Positions 38,322 through 46,800 of a stretch of 64,000 bases of DNA are shown here, piece after piece. The stretch is from a bacterium. GTDB taxonomy: Bacteria > Patescibacteriota > UBA1384 > CAILIB01. The position numbers and the translations under genes were made by a program. Within the stretch, counting starts at the first letter, position 1, and the number at the start of each line of letters is the position of its first letter. The notes under the pieces were generated by a model. The model saw nothing but the letters and a program-made list of their open reading frames with translations, searched no databases and was not told the DNA's origin. Where the stretch lies: the NCBI GenBank assembly GCA_037131105.1, contig JBAXRQ010000002.1:94100-158099 (forward strand). The letters run 5' to 3'.

Positions 38322-39342
38322 CCTTCACCTCCCCCTTCAACAGCTTCTCCACCGTCCCCAGCTCAGTGGTGGTCATAATCACCTGGTAGTCGCCAAATAC
38401 CGTCACCAGCCGCTCCCGCCGCTCGGCGTCCAGCTCTGAAAATATGTCGTCCAGCAGCAGTACCGGCCTGGTCTCCGTTCTTTCGGTCATATACTCCAAC
38501 TCAGCCATCTTGAAGGCCACCAGCAGTGACCGGGCCTGGCCGCGCGACATGGACTCATGCACCGGATGGTCGCCCCAGTACACCTCAAAGTCCTCCCGGT
38601 GAGGGCCATAGAGACTATTGCCGGAAGCTATCTCCTTCTCACGGTTCATTTTCAAATGCTCGAGAAAACTGTGGGAATGCCCGTGTGGGCTCTGATGGTA
38701 GCGAAGTGAAATCTCACCCATCCCCGGCACCATCTGCTCAAATATGGCCGGTATAAGTCCCTGTAGGGCCTCGGTAAAGCCTATGCGCCCGGCCTGGATG
38801 ACTGCCTGCACCTCGGCCAGCTGCTCATCCCAGAACTCCAGCTCACTGGGGCCAGACAACCCCTCGGCTATATTCTTCAATAGTCGGTTCCGCTGCTTCA
38901 GCACTTTACCTAGCTGGATGATGGCCTGGGTATAGGTCTGTGAGGTCTGGGAAATGACCCGGTCCAAGTACTGGCGCCTATAGGTAGGCGCTCCATAGAG
39001 CAGTGACATATCGTCTGGCTGGAAAAGGATGGTGGGAAACAACCCGATCACCTGGGTAGTCCGCTTACTGACCCCGTCTATCTTCATCCGCTTCAGGTAG
39101 GGCGAATGCTGCACCACCAGTTCGGTCACCCCGCTTACCACCCGGCAAAAGGGCGCCTCCCAGCGGATTACCTCGGTATCTTTTTCGGTTTTCCACGAGG
39201 TCGTCAGTGACAAAAGCGATATAGCCTCGAGGATCGATGTCTTACCGGCTCCGTTGTTTCCGGTGATGATGGTGAGCGGCGAAAAGTCGAACGAGGCCTT
39301 TTCAAAACCCCGGAATTGGTCGAGTTCTAACCTGTTGATCAT
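38308..39342 (-). CDS. recF: DNA replication and repair protein RecF.
   Basis: FRGFEKASFDFSPLTIITGNNGAGKTSILEAISLL (Walker A), SMC-like signature and Walker B at the C-terminus. Directly downstream of dnaN. Confidence 0.9.
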   Translation of the reverse strand: MINRLELDQFRGFEKASFDFSPLTIITGNNGAGKTSILEAISLLSLTTSWKTEKDTEVIRWEAPFCRVVSGVTELVVQHSPYLKRMKIDGVSKRTTQVIGLFPTILFQPDDMSLLYGAPTYRRQYLDRVISQTSQTYTQAIIQLGKVLKQRNRLLKNIAEGLSGPSELEFWDEQLAEVQAVIQAGRIGFTEALQGLIPAIFEQMVPGMGEISLRYHQSPHGHSHSFLEHLKMNREKEIASGNSLYGPHREDFEVYWGDHPVHESMSRGQARSLLVAFKMAELEYMTERTETRPVLLLDDIFSELDAERRERLVTVFGDYQVIMTTTELGTVEKLLKGEVKVIEL

Positions 39343-40451
39343 GAATCAAGCCGGATCGGCATCACCAGTTGAAGGTACGTAGGATCCTCGGTCCCGATGA
39401 CCAGTGCGGTGGTGGGTCCGCTGAAGCGCAGCTCCAAGTGGGGCGAGTTGCTGGCCGTGCAGGCGTCCAAAAGGAACTTGGCATTGAAGGCTGCCCGGAC
39501 CGGTTCGAAGCCCTCCTGCATCACCGCATAGACCGTATGACTAGTACTCCCCCTCTGGGAGCCGTAACTAGCGATAGTAAAGGTTCCCTCGGAGTCGATC
39601 TCCACCATGACATTGGCCACACCAGACTGGGAAAAGATGGCCGATAGACGTAATGCCTGTACCAGCTCGGTAGTTGTCACTTCGGCTACGGCCATGAACT
39701 TCTGGGGAATGATGGCGTGGTACTTGGGGAAATTGCCGGTCAGCAGCCTGGAATAGATCTCCAAGGTGTCCAGCCTCATCAGAAGCTGCTGGTCGGTGAT
39801 CTCCACTTCCAGGTCAGGAAACTCTACGAAGGATGCCGAGATCCGGATAAGCTCCTGGATGGTCCGCATCGGCACCAGGAAGGTAAATGAGTCCTGGATG
39901 GGCACAATGGGAATGCGACGCTCCACCAACCTGAAGCTGTCGGTAGCAGCTAAAACGGCTGTCTCCTCAGAAAGGTTCATATATACCCCAGTAAGTACTG
40001 GTCGGGACTGGTCCTGAGCACAAGCAATCACCACCTGCTTCAGAGCCTCTACCAGAGGCGTCAGGGGCAGTCTGACCTTAGAACCCTTCTCCAGCTTAGG
40101 CAGGTCAGGAAACTCCTCGGCGTCGATGCCGGCAATACGCCCAGTCACCTTATTACTCTTCCCCACCATTTCAAACGACTCCAAGCTAAACGTAAGAGTG
40201 TCATCAGGATTCTGGTGCACGAACTCCTGAAAAATCTTAGCTGGCACCGTAAAGGTCCCCTCCTGCTCGATAGTGGCAGGGATATGGGTGGTCATGGCCA
40301 ATTCCAGGTCAGTAGCAGTGATCCTTAGGATGTCCTTGTCGGTCTCTAGGAGGATATTTGAAAGCACTGGCAGGCTGCTCCGTATAGTAATGATGCGGCT
40401 AACGTACTGGAGGTGTCGGTCAAGTAGTTCCCGGGAGCAGCTGAATTTCAT
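39339..40451 (-). CDS. dnaN: DNA polymerase III beta sliding clamp.
   Basis: 370 aa, three-domain clamp. Position dnaA-dnaN-recF, with a 4-nt overlap with recF. Confidence 0.9.
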   Translation of the reverse strand: MKFSCSRELLDRHLQYVSRIITIRSSLPVLSNILLETDKDILRITATDLELAMTTHIPATIEQEGTFTVPAKIFQEFVHQNPDDTLTFSLESFEMVGKSNKVTGRIAGIDAEEFPDLPKLEKGSKVRLPLTPLVEALKQVVIACAQDQSRPVLTGVYMNLSEETAVLAATDSFRLVERRIPIVPIQDSFTFLVPMRTIQELIRISASFVEFPDLEVEITDQQLLMRLDTLEIYSRLLTGNFPKYHAIIPQKFMAVAEVTTTELVQALRLSAIFSQSGVANVMVEIDSEGTFTIASYGSQRGSTSHTVYAVMQEGFEPVRAAFNAKFLLDACTASNSPHLELRFSGPTTALVIGTEDPTYLQLVMPIRLDS

Positions 40452-41096
40452 GGTATATCCCTAGAATGTGGATAAGTAGTGGAAAACGTGGGGAGAACCC
40501 TGTGTATTATATGGGGGAAATGGCGGGATAACTATGGGATAAGTAGCGTCTTTCCCCACCCTCGCCACCTACCTGTGGGCAAACTCCGACTTCTCCCGGT
40601 TCTTTCCGTAGGTTGTCCGAAGGTTCTCCCCATAGTATAGCAGGAAAAAGAACGCTACCGGAGGGGTTTCCACCAGTCTTTCCACATCTCCCCACCCCTT
40701 ATTGTCATTGTTGTTATAAATACTTATTAAAGAGAGAAGAGAACCCATATAATACATCCTATAAAAATCAGAAGGCCCCCCACTAAGTGAGAGGCGTTCC
40801 GTACGGCTAAACATGTTTCTACTCCGGCCAAACCCGTTCTTCGTGCTGGATAAGGAACGCGTCTTTATCCATTAAGATTACTACTGCCAAAGATTGGCGA
40901 TTGTGGTGTCCCATAATGAGCACCACGGCCGGCTCGTCTTTGAGGTTGAGGATTTGATATCCCCCACCTCTTAGTGTAGCTAACTGCTGTGTGGCCCAGG
41001 TGCGCGGCGCTGTAACGACGGTGACTGGTATTTTCATGATTCCTCTCCTTAAAACGTGCCTGGAGTATACGCCAAAACCCTGAAAAAGTCAACCCC
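40452..41096. promoter_or_regulatory. dnaA-dnaN intergenic region with origin-like features (DnaA box plus AT-rich unwinding-element candidate).
   Basis: TGTGGATAA (perfect DnaA box, 40467-40475). Degenerate GGGATAAGT/GGGATAACT boxes at ~40520-40550. A very AT-rich run at ~40700-40770 (TTGTTGTTATAAATACTTATTAAAGAGAG…ATATAATACATCCTATAAAAATC). Confidence 0.5.
40819..41037 (-). CDS. DUF370 (RemA/YaaB-like) small protein between dnaA and dnaN.
   Basis: 72 aa. VVTAPRT… and SLAVVILMDKDAFL resemble the IVSANR… and TRAVIITDSDHVIL blocks of DUF370 proteins. Assignment by eye, moderate. Confidence 0.4.
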   Translation of the reverse strand: MKIPVTVVTAPRTWATQQLATLRGGGYQILNLKDEPAVVLIMGHHNRQSLAVVILMDKDAFLIQHEERVWPE

Positions 41097-42572
41097 CTAA
41101 GGCTTGTGGCCGCCTACATAAAACAGTTCCTTTATCCGGCTGAGCTCATCGAGAAGATCTGGTGATTTCTTCATTTCCTTCTCAATCTTGTCTACGGAGT
41201 GCATAGCGGTGGTATGATCGCGTCCCCCAATCTCACGGCCGATGGTGGGAAAGGTCATACCGAGTTCGTTCTTCATCAAATACATGAGGATCTGACGTGG
41301 CTTGACTATCTCCTGTTGGCGACGTGGACCTTGTACATCTTTGAAGTCTACTCCGTAATATTCGCAGACTATCTCTTTAATCTGTTCAAAGGTGGTCTTC
41401 TTTAGTGGTTTATGTAATGAAAATGCCCGCAGCATATCCCGTACTTCTTCAAGGGAAGGCGGCGTGTCGCTAGAGGCTAGGTGTACAAGTACGGTGGTAA
41501 GAGCCCCTTCGAGCTCCCGGATGTTCGTCTCCACCAGGTCGGCTATATAGAAGATAACCTGGTCGGGTAGGCTGATGCCCTTCTCCTCACACTTAGCCTG
41601 GAGAATGGCCTGACGGGTCTCCTGGTCAGGTAGCTGCATGTCAGCGATCATACCAGAGCTGAACCGGCTAGAAAGACGCTCTTCTAGGTCAGCGATCTCG
41701 CTTGGCGCCTTATCTGAGGTGATAATAATTTGCTTATCAGTCTGGTAGAGGGAGTTAAAGGTGTGGAAGAACTCCTCCTGGATACCATCTTTACCGGCGA
41801 TAAACTGGATGTCGTCTATCAGGAAGACGTCGACGTTCCGGTACTTCTTCTTAAAGGCATCCATCTTATTGCCGCGGATACCAGCCACATACTCGTTCAT
41901 GAGGCTTTCACTGGAGACGTAGACCACCCGCTTTTGTGGTTCTCGGGCAATAATCTCATTACCTACTGCCTGCATCAGGTGAGTTTTACCGAGTCCTACT
42001 CCCCCATAAAGGTAGAGGGGGTTATACATTTTACCAGGACGTTCAGCTACGGCTTTGGCGGCGGCGTGGGCTAGTCGATTGCGGTTACCGATGATAAAGG
42101 TGTCAAAGCGGTACTTCGGGTTGAGGTTTGACTCCGGGATGGGGTCTGAGCTGCGCTGCTGAGCGGCTTGGGAGGGTGAGACGGGTTCTGAGTCATCCAC
42201 GCTATTGAAGAGGCTCTGCCCGCCGGCTGGCGCGTTCTTACGGCCTACCTTGGGCTTTGCGACGATGATATATTCTATAGTTGTGACTTCATATCCGGCC
42301 TGCTGGGAAATGGAGGCTAGAATCTTACCTTCAGCGTATTTATGGATGAATCCTTTAGAGTGGATGTTTTCCACAGTAACCTGGGCGGAACCTGGTGTGA
42401 GGGCGGTTAGTTGGGCTCCATGGAACCAAGTCTTGAAGACAGCCGGCGAAATCTCCCCTTCTATCTCAGAGAGGGCCTGTTTCCAGATTAGATTGAGCTG
42501 TTCTTCGGTCATGGCGGCGGAAAGGAAGGTGTAAAAATAAGGGCTGCTGCCCCTTAGTGAATAGGATACCAA
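41097..42572 (-). CDS. dnaA: Chromosomal replication initiator DnaA.
   Basis: AAA+ Walker A/B, sensor motifs, and C-terminal DnaA-box-binding HTH. The likely true start is the second Met (MTEEQLNLIWKQ…, ~42512); the ORF-track start at 42572 would abut the DnaA boxes. Confidence 0.95.
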   Translation of the reverse strand: MVSYSLRGSSPYFYTFLSAAMTEEQLNLIWKQALSEIEGEISPAVFKTWFHGAQLTALTPGSAQVTVENIHSKGFIHKYAEGKILASISQQAGYEVTTIEYIIVAKPKVGRKNAPAGGQSLFNSVDDSEPVSPSQAAQQRSSDPIPESNLNPKYRFDTFIIGNRNRLAHAAAKAVAERPGKMYNPLYLYGGVGLGKTHLMQAVGNEIIAREPQKRVVYVSSESLMNEYVAGIRGNKMDAFKKKYRNVDVFLIDDIQFIAGKDGIQEEFFHTFNSLYQTDKQIIITSDKAPSEIADLEERLSSRFSSGMIADMQLPDQETRQAILQAKCEEKGISLPDQVIFYIADLVETNIRELEGALTTVLVHLASSDTPPSLEEVRDMLRAFSLHKPLKKTTFEQIKEIVCEYYGVDFKDVQGPRRQQEIVKPRQILMYLMKNELGMTFPTIGREIGGRDHTTAMHSVDKIEKEMKKSPDLLDELSRIKELFYVGGHKP

Positions 42573-42575
42573 GAG

Positions 42576-42604
42576 TTATCCACAGGTGTAAAGAGTTATC
42601 CACA
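42576..42604. promoter_or_regulatory. Two consensus DnaA boxes immediately upstream of dnaA.
   Basis: TTATCCACA at 42576-42584 and 42596-42604 (GAGTTATCCACAGGTGTAAAGAGTTATCCACAATA). Confidence 0.75.
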
Positions 42605-42606
42605 AT

Positions 42607-43160
42607 AAACCTAGATGTTCTCTTATTTCGAACTGATCGACTCAAGGGAACCCATCTTATATATCCTTCCAGGATATGTCTCAAGGTCCGAAATAAGAGA
42701 ACATCTAGGTTTACAGTAAACTCCCAGGGCGGACTGATCGACTCAAGGAAACTATATACTTGTACTCCTTCGGAGTACGTCTCAAGGTTCAAATTACCAA
42801 TGCGCATGCAGATACAGGTTAATACCCTGAAAAGTCGTTCGACTCAAGGGAGCCTGTCAGAAAGTACTCCTCCAGAGTACGTCTCAAAGACTTTTCAGGT
42901 ACTTGCATGAAGATTCAGGCTAATACTGAAAACGACTGACTGACTCACTCCTATAAGAAAAGACCGGCAGCCCGACAAGAGGCCTTGAGACGTATCCCGG
43001 AGGGATACTGCTATATGGCCTCACTAAGTCGAACGACTCTTGTTGGGCTGCTGGTCTTTATTACTTCGGAATACGTCTCAAGGTCCATTTCAGGCAAGCA
43101 GCGGCAGATTCAGGTGATGTAGTAATCAAAGCTGTTCGACTCAAGGGCCCCGATGTTATT
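42607..43160. repeat. Cluster of about five to six degenerate copies of a ~100-bp palindromic repeat unit (half-sites CGACTCAAGGGA and a covarying hairpin followed by CGTCTCAAGG).
   Basis: Seen in sequence: unit 1 (42611-42708) is bounded by perfect 20-bp terminal inverted repeats CTAGATGTTCTCTTATTTCG / CGAAATAAGAGAACATCTAG. Recurrent CTGATCGACTCAAGG (42628, 42733), GTTCGACTCAAGGG (42835, 43132) and (G)AGTACGTCTCAAGG (42672, 42770, 42878, 43070; inverted copy at 42985). Internal hairpins covary between copies: ATATCCT/AGGATAT, GTACTCC/GGAGTAC, AGTACTC/GAGTACT, GTATCCC/GGGATAC. Confidence 0.65.
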
Positions 43161-43179
43161 TTTCTGATACTATTTTCTT

Positions 43180-43707
43180 ATGAAACTCATAATTATATAC
43201 GGTCCTCCAGCCGCTGGTAAGCTCACTGTCGCCCAGGAGCTTGCCCGAATAACGGGATACCGTCTTTTCCATAATCACCTTACCATTGAGCTGGCCAAGG
43301 AGATATTTCCTGAGCGGAATCAGCAAAGTGCTGATTTAATTTCCCAACTAAGGCTTGATGTTTTTGATGCTGCGGCTAAAGCTGGCACTGACCTTATCTT
43401 TACCATGGTATACGCGGCTGGACTGGATGACGAGTACTTCTCTAGGGTCGTTGAAATTATAGAGTCTTCCGGTGGTGAAGTGTGCTTCGTTCAACTTCTA
43501 CCAAGTGAAAAAGTCTTGGAAAGTCGAATATCTGCCCAGTCTCGAGCCGCCTACTCAAAAATCAGAGACGTTGAGGTCTTAAGGAACCTGACCGCAACCC
43601 GCGACCTTCTTACGCCAGTGAGCCATGATTTAAATCTCTCCATTGATAATAGTGAAAGATCACCTCAGGACGTCGCCGAACAGATAAGCCGACATTTCTC
43701 TCTCTAG
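43180..43707 (+). CDS. Small P-loop NTPase / nucleotide-kinase-fold protein (AAA_33/shikimate-kinase-like).
   Basis: Walker A at the N-terminus (IIIYGPPAAGKLT). 175 aa. Substrate not determinable. Confidence 0.6.
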   Translation: MKLIIIYGPPAAGKLTVAQELARITGYRLFHNHLTIELAKEIFPERNQQSADLISQLRLDVFDAAAKAGTDLIFTMVYAAGLDDEYFSRVVEIIESSGGEVCFVQLLPSEKVLESRISAQSRAAYSKIRDVEVLRNLTATRDLLTPVSHDLNLSIDNSERSPQDVAEQISRHFSL

Positions 43708-43709
43708 TT

Positions 43710-44144
43710 CTAACCTGAGACGATCCAGGAAAAGGTCTTAGGGTGGACGATAGCCACACCTTCCCATTCCTTAAGGTCGAGCAGGTCCTTGTCTAGGGTG
43801 ATTATTAGATTCGCCTTGCCAGCTTGGGCGCAAGCTAAGATGTGGTTGTCGTCAGGATCTCGAAGGATGACTTTAGGAACCAGGGGTGCCTCAATGATCG
43901 CTGTTCCCTTTCTAATGAAGTCTAGGTATTTACCAACCTGCTCAGCTGTAAATTCAAACTTAGTACCCATCTTTCTTTTTAGTTCGCCCAGGATATATTC
44001 CGAGCAAAGGACGGTGAATTCACCGTATAATCCTCGTTTAACCAGTTCCTCGGACATCCCGGGACGCAAAAAGGCCGCAATATAGATATTGGTGTCAAAT
44101 ACTACTCGAAGCTGGTGGGAGCTAGCCGAAGATCCGCTCGACAT
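43710..44144 (-). CDS. PIN-domain toxin (PIN_3 / TIGR00305-like VapC family).
   Basis: VVFDTNIYIAA N-terminal acidic motif and DPDDNHILACAQAGKANLIITLDKDL C-terminal PIN_3 block. 4-codon overlap with the upstream RHH gene. Confidence 0.75.
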   Translation of the reverse strand: MSSGSSASSHQLRVVFDTNIYIAAFLRPGMSEELVKRGLYGEFTVLCSEYILGELKRKMGTKFEFTAEQVGKYLDFIRKGTAIIEAPLVPKVILRDPDDNHILACAQAGKANLIITLDKDLLDLKEWEGVAIVHPKTFSWIVSG

Positions 44145-44343
44145 CGTCGTCGGATTCTATACCTAGCTGCTTGGCGATGCGGTCACCTGCTTTCCGTATC
44201 TCTTGCCACTGTGACTCAAAGGAGTATAGATGTAAGGCATCCTTAAAAATCTGACTGCGAGAACGGTTTGAGTCAGTCGCCAGCTTATTAACCTGGGCAA
44301 CCTCGCTATCAGAGAGTGAAATCGAGACAATATTGGCAGGCAT
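44122..44343 (-). CDS. Ribbon-helix-helix (CopG-like) antitoxin partnered with the PIN toxin.
   Basis: Start placed at MPANIVSISLSDSEVAQVNKLATDSNRSRSQIFKDAL: N-terminal beta-strand plus two helices typical of RHH. Immediately upstream of, and overlapping, the PIN gene. Confidence 0.65.
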   Translation of the reverse strand: MPANIVSISLSDSEVAQVNKLATDSNRSRSQIFKDALHLYSFESQWQEIRKAGDRIAKQLGIESDDDVERIFG

Positions 44344-44480
44344 AAAAAGCAATGAAGTGATATATCTGTATATTAATAATATTTATTAATACTGTCAATA
44401 TTCCGTCCCTGTCCCACACCTTGTCCTAAGTAAAAAAATAAGATATAGTAAGGCCTGACTAATTACTCGAGTACTCACAG

Positions 44481-44639
44481 ATGTATCTCAATTTCAAACC
44501 CAACAAGCGCAAGCGCGTTCGTACCCACGGCTTCCGCGAGCGCATGCTGACCAAGAAGGGCCGCCAGGTCATTCTTCGCCGTATGGCCAAGGGCCGCGTT
44601 AAGCTGACTGTCTCCAACGAGAACAAGAAGTTTAAGTAG
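44481..44639 (+). CDS. rpmH: 50S ribosomal protein L34.
   Basis: 52-aa [55 protein letters not shown], absent from the ORF track because it is short. Classic L34 pattern (KR…HGFR.RM.T..GR.VL..RR.KGR..L) and classic position immediately before rnpA. Confidence 0.85.
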   Translation: MYLNFKPNKRKRVRTHGFRERMLTKKGRQVILRRMAKGRVKLTVSNENKKFK

Positions 44640-44644
44640 GTCCG

Positions 44645-44968
44645 GTGTTCTCCCGTCCAAACCGCCTTCGTCGCGGGGCCGATATCATCACCGTACTACG
44701 TAAGGGCCGCCGGCAGAATGCACCGGCGGTTACCTGTTCTTTTATAGCCAAACCGGCTACACTGGGAAGGATCGCCGTGATCGTAGACACTAAGGTGTCC
44801 AAGCGAGCGGTAGTCAGGAACCTTATAAAGCGCCGTGTGCGTTCTATAGTTCGAGAGCTTGGCCTCCCCCAAGGTGACCTGGTGATCCGGGTCTGGAAAG
44901 GTGGTGACGCCCTGAGCTTCGACCAACTCCATCAGCAAGTACGCCAATGCCTGGGCAAGCTCGCCTGA
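44645..44968 (+). CDS. rnpA: RNase P protein component.
   Basis: GTG start. RNR-like basic motif region (…KRAVVRNLIKRRVRSIVRE…). 107 aa. Follows rpmH. Confidence 0.85.
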   Translation: MFSRPNRLRRGADIITVLRKGRRQNAPAVTCSFIAKPATLGRIAVIVDTKVSKRAVVRNLIKRRVRSIVRELGLPQGDLVIRVWKGGDALSFDQLHQQVRQCLGKLA

Positions 44969-45207
44969 ATCCGGCCCAAAAGGTGCTCTTGGCCGCTATC
45001 AAGTGGTACCAGACGCACCTCTCCCCTGACCACAGTCCGCGTAAGGTGTTCTACCCCTACGGCTACTGTCGTTATACGCCAACCTGTAGCCAGTACAGTG
45101 TCGACGCTATTCGGAAACACGGTGCGATCTGGGGCTCGGTTCTTACTCTCTGGCGTATTCTCCGTTGTAATCCCTGGTCGCATGGCGGCCACGACCCAGT
45201 CAGATAA
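44947..45207 (+). CDS. yidD: Membrane protein insertion efficiency factor YidD.
   Basis: …LAAIKWYQTHLSP…CRYTPTCSQYSVDAIRKHG… matches the conserved YidD core. Overlaps the rnpA 3' end. Confidence 0.8.
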   Translation: MPGQARLNPAQKVLLAAIKWYQTHLSPDHSPRKVFYPYGYCRYTPTCSQYSVDAIRKHGAIWGSVLTLWRILRCNPWSHGGHDPVR

Positions 45208-45221
45208 TATTCTTACCTTCC

Positions 45222-46061
45222 ATGCCTGAGATTCTTTCCGCCATCGTCTATTATCCCTTCGTCAACGTCCTCAACTTCTTTATTTGGGCGACGCCGGGCC
45301 ATTATGCAGCAGCAGGTATTGCCCTGCTGACCATCCTAGTACGGCTTGTCCTGATTGTCCCTTATAAGAAGGGGGCCCAGAGCCAGCGCCGTATGATGCA
45401 GCTGCAACCGCTGCTTGACGAGCTGAAGAAGGAATACGCTGGTGACCAGCAGGGTCTGGCAGCCGCCCAGATGGAGCTGTATAAGAAGAACAACATCAAC
45501 CCGTTCTCTAGCTGTGGTTCTCTTCTACTCCAGCTTCCGGTGCTATACCTCCTGTATTACACTATCCAGCACGGCCTAGTAGCTCACAATCCACACTTGT
45601 ACGGATGGCTGCCGAAGCCTGAGTTCATTAATACTGCTTTCTTTGGCATTGACCTGCTGAAGCCTGATAAGACGTTCATCCTACCTATTATTGCCTCCGG
45701 TCTGCAGTTGATCCAGGTGAAGATGACACTTCCTCCTAAGTCTGCCAGTAGTAATGACGCCCAGCAGGCTACCCAGCGGATGATGATGTACCTGGCACCG
45801 GCCCTCACATTGTATATCTCATATCGTCTCGAAGCCGGCGTAGCCGTGTACTGGATAGTGACCAACCTGTTCTCTATTGTTCAGCAGTACTATGTCAATA
45901 AGGAGCGCTTGAGCCTAACTGGTGTCGAGAAGGTTGTGGAAGCAGCTGAGAAGGCTCACCCAGAGGCAATCGCTGCTATGGAGAAGGCTGAAGCTGAGGT
46001 GTTGGGCACTGAAGTGAAGAAGGGCGTCCAGGTTACCGTTCGTAAGAAATCCAAAAAATAG
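45222..46061 (+). CDS. yidC: Membrane protein insertase YidC (short, Oxa1-like form).
   Basis: 279 aa. Five TM core with the conserved hydrophilic-groove arginine region (…PYKKGAQSQRRMMQLQPLL…) and a C-terminal basic tail. Follows yidD. Confidence 0.85.
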   Translation: MPEILSAIVYYPFVNVLNFFIWATPGHYAAAGIALLTILVRLVLIVPYKKGAQSQRRMMQLQPLLDELKKEYAGDQQGLAAAQMELYKKNNINPFSSCGSLLLQLPVLYLLYYTIQHGLVAHNPHLYGWLPKPEFINTAFFGIDLLKPDKTFILPIIASGLQLIQVKMTLPPKSASSNDAQQATQRMMMYLAPALTLYISYRLEAGVAVYWIVTNLFSIVQQYYVNKERLSLTGVEKVVEAAEKAHPEAIAAMEKAEAEVLGTEVKKGVQVTVRKKSKK

Positions 46062-46077
46062 CCACCCTTGTGGCTTT

Positions 46078-46167
46078 GGAGAGATGGCTGAGTGGTCGAA
46101 GGCGGCGGTCTCGAAAACCGTTATGCGGGCAACTGCATCTAGGGTTCGAATCCCTATCTCTCCGCCA
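46078..46167 (+). tRNA. tRNA-Ser (anticodon CGA), type II with long variable arm, CCA encoded.
   Basis: GGAGAGA (acceptor) … anticodon loop CU-CGA-AA … long variable arm TATGCGGGCAACTGCATC … T-arm TAGGG-TTCGAAT-CCCTA … TCTCTCC-G-CCA. Acceptor and T stems pair perfectly. Confidence 0.85.
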
Positions 46168-46170
46168 AAG

Positions 46171-46200
46171 TAAAAAGAGTATCTAAGGATACTCTTTTTA
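46171..46200. terminator. Bidirectional intrinsic terminator after tRNA-Ser.
   Basis: AAAAAGAGTATC-TAAG-GATACTCTTTTTAC. Confidence 0.6.
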
Positions 46201-46209
46201 CTTTGTGCT

Positions 46210-46365
46210 TCGCGATAGGGATTCGAGTCCCGCTTTGACCTGCTGGAGCAGGTCGGAATGTTCGCGGAAGCGAGTGACCGAATCCCTATCTTCCATGGAG
46301 TGGTGATTGCTTACTCGGTCAAGGAGTGGAGAAGGCCCGGCCGCCATCCCTATCTCTTCCTTATG
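46210..46365. repeat. Three partial copies of the tRNA-Ser 3' end (one inverted, two direct), att-site-like remnants.
   Basis: GCGATAGGGATTCGAGTCCCGC (inverted copy of GGGTTCGAATCCCTATC), CCGAATCCCTATCTTCC and CATCCCTATCTCTTCC (direct copies of CGAATCCCTATCTCTCC). Confidence 0.55.
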
Positions 46366-46431
46366 TCCCCTACCTTACATAATTCCGACACATTGCTGCT
46401 ACACTTAGGTCAAACATCCTAACCACCCCCT

Positions 46432-46800
46432 ATGGAAAGGCCATCCTTTCTGGGAAGCGCTCTGGAGCACGAAGCGTCAGTGGAATCCACTCAGGTTAGG
46501 AGCTTCATAGCGGATCTACTCCCTCAGGCCCTGGTGAGAATTGAGGGTACTATACTCCTGGCTGAGGTGGATAGAGGTGGAGCCAAGCGGGTTGGCGAAG
46601 AAATCTGGGGGGCTTATATTGAGATGATGGCCCAAGATGCCTTATTTTCTAGTGTTCATTATGAGCCTGGCTTTATATCAGCGGACCTGGTGAAGCCTGA
46701 GTCGGGTATCACCTCGTTACGGGTACGTAAGGTGGCCTCTACTCCTCAGGCTACATTACCGACAGCATATACCGGTCAACCGGTGCGTATTCATCAGTGA
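46432..46800 (+). CDS. Hypothetical protein.
   Basis: 122-aa ORF. No family recognised. Its 3' end overlaps the convergent spermidine-synthase-like gene by ~50 nt, so it may be spurious. Confidence 0.3.
   Translation: MERPSFLGSALEHEASVESTQVRSFIADLLPQALVRIEGTILLAEVDRGGAKRVGEEIWGAYIEMMAQDALFSSVHYEPGFISADLVKPESGITSLRVRKVASTPQATLPTAYTGQPVRIHQ

Noticed and set aside
42607-43160. Possible CRISPR array (recurring GTTCGACTCAAGGG-like repeats).
   Set aside because: Repeats are degenerate, occur in two alternating half-site types and both orientations, and have irregular spacing (~100 to ~300 bp). 'Spacers' share sequence between units. No cas genes or leader. Better explained as palindromic repeat units.
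46078-46430. Integrase/prophage immediately adjacent to tRNA-Ser.
   Set aside because: att-like tRNA 3' fragments are present but no recombinase-like ORF exists within several kb on either side. Reported only as a scar or regulatory candidate.
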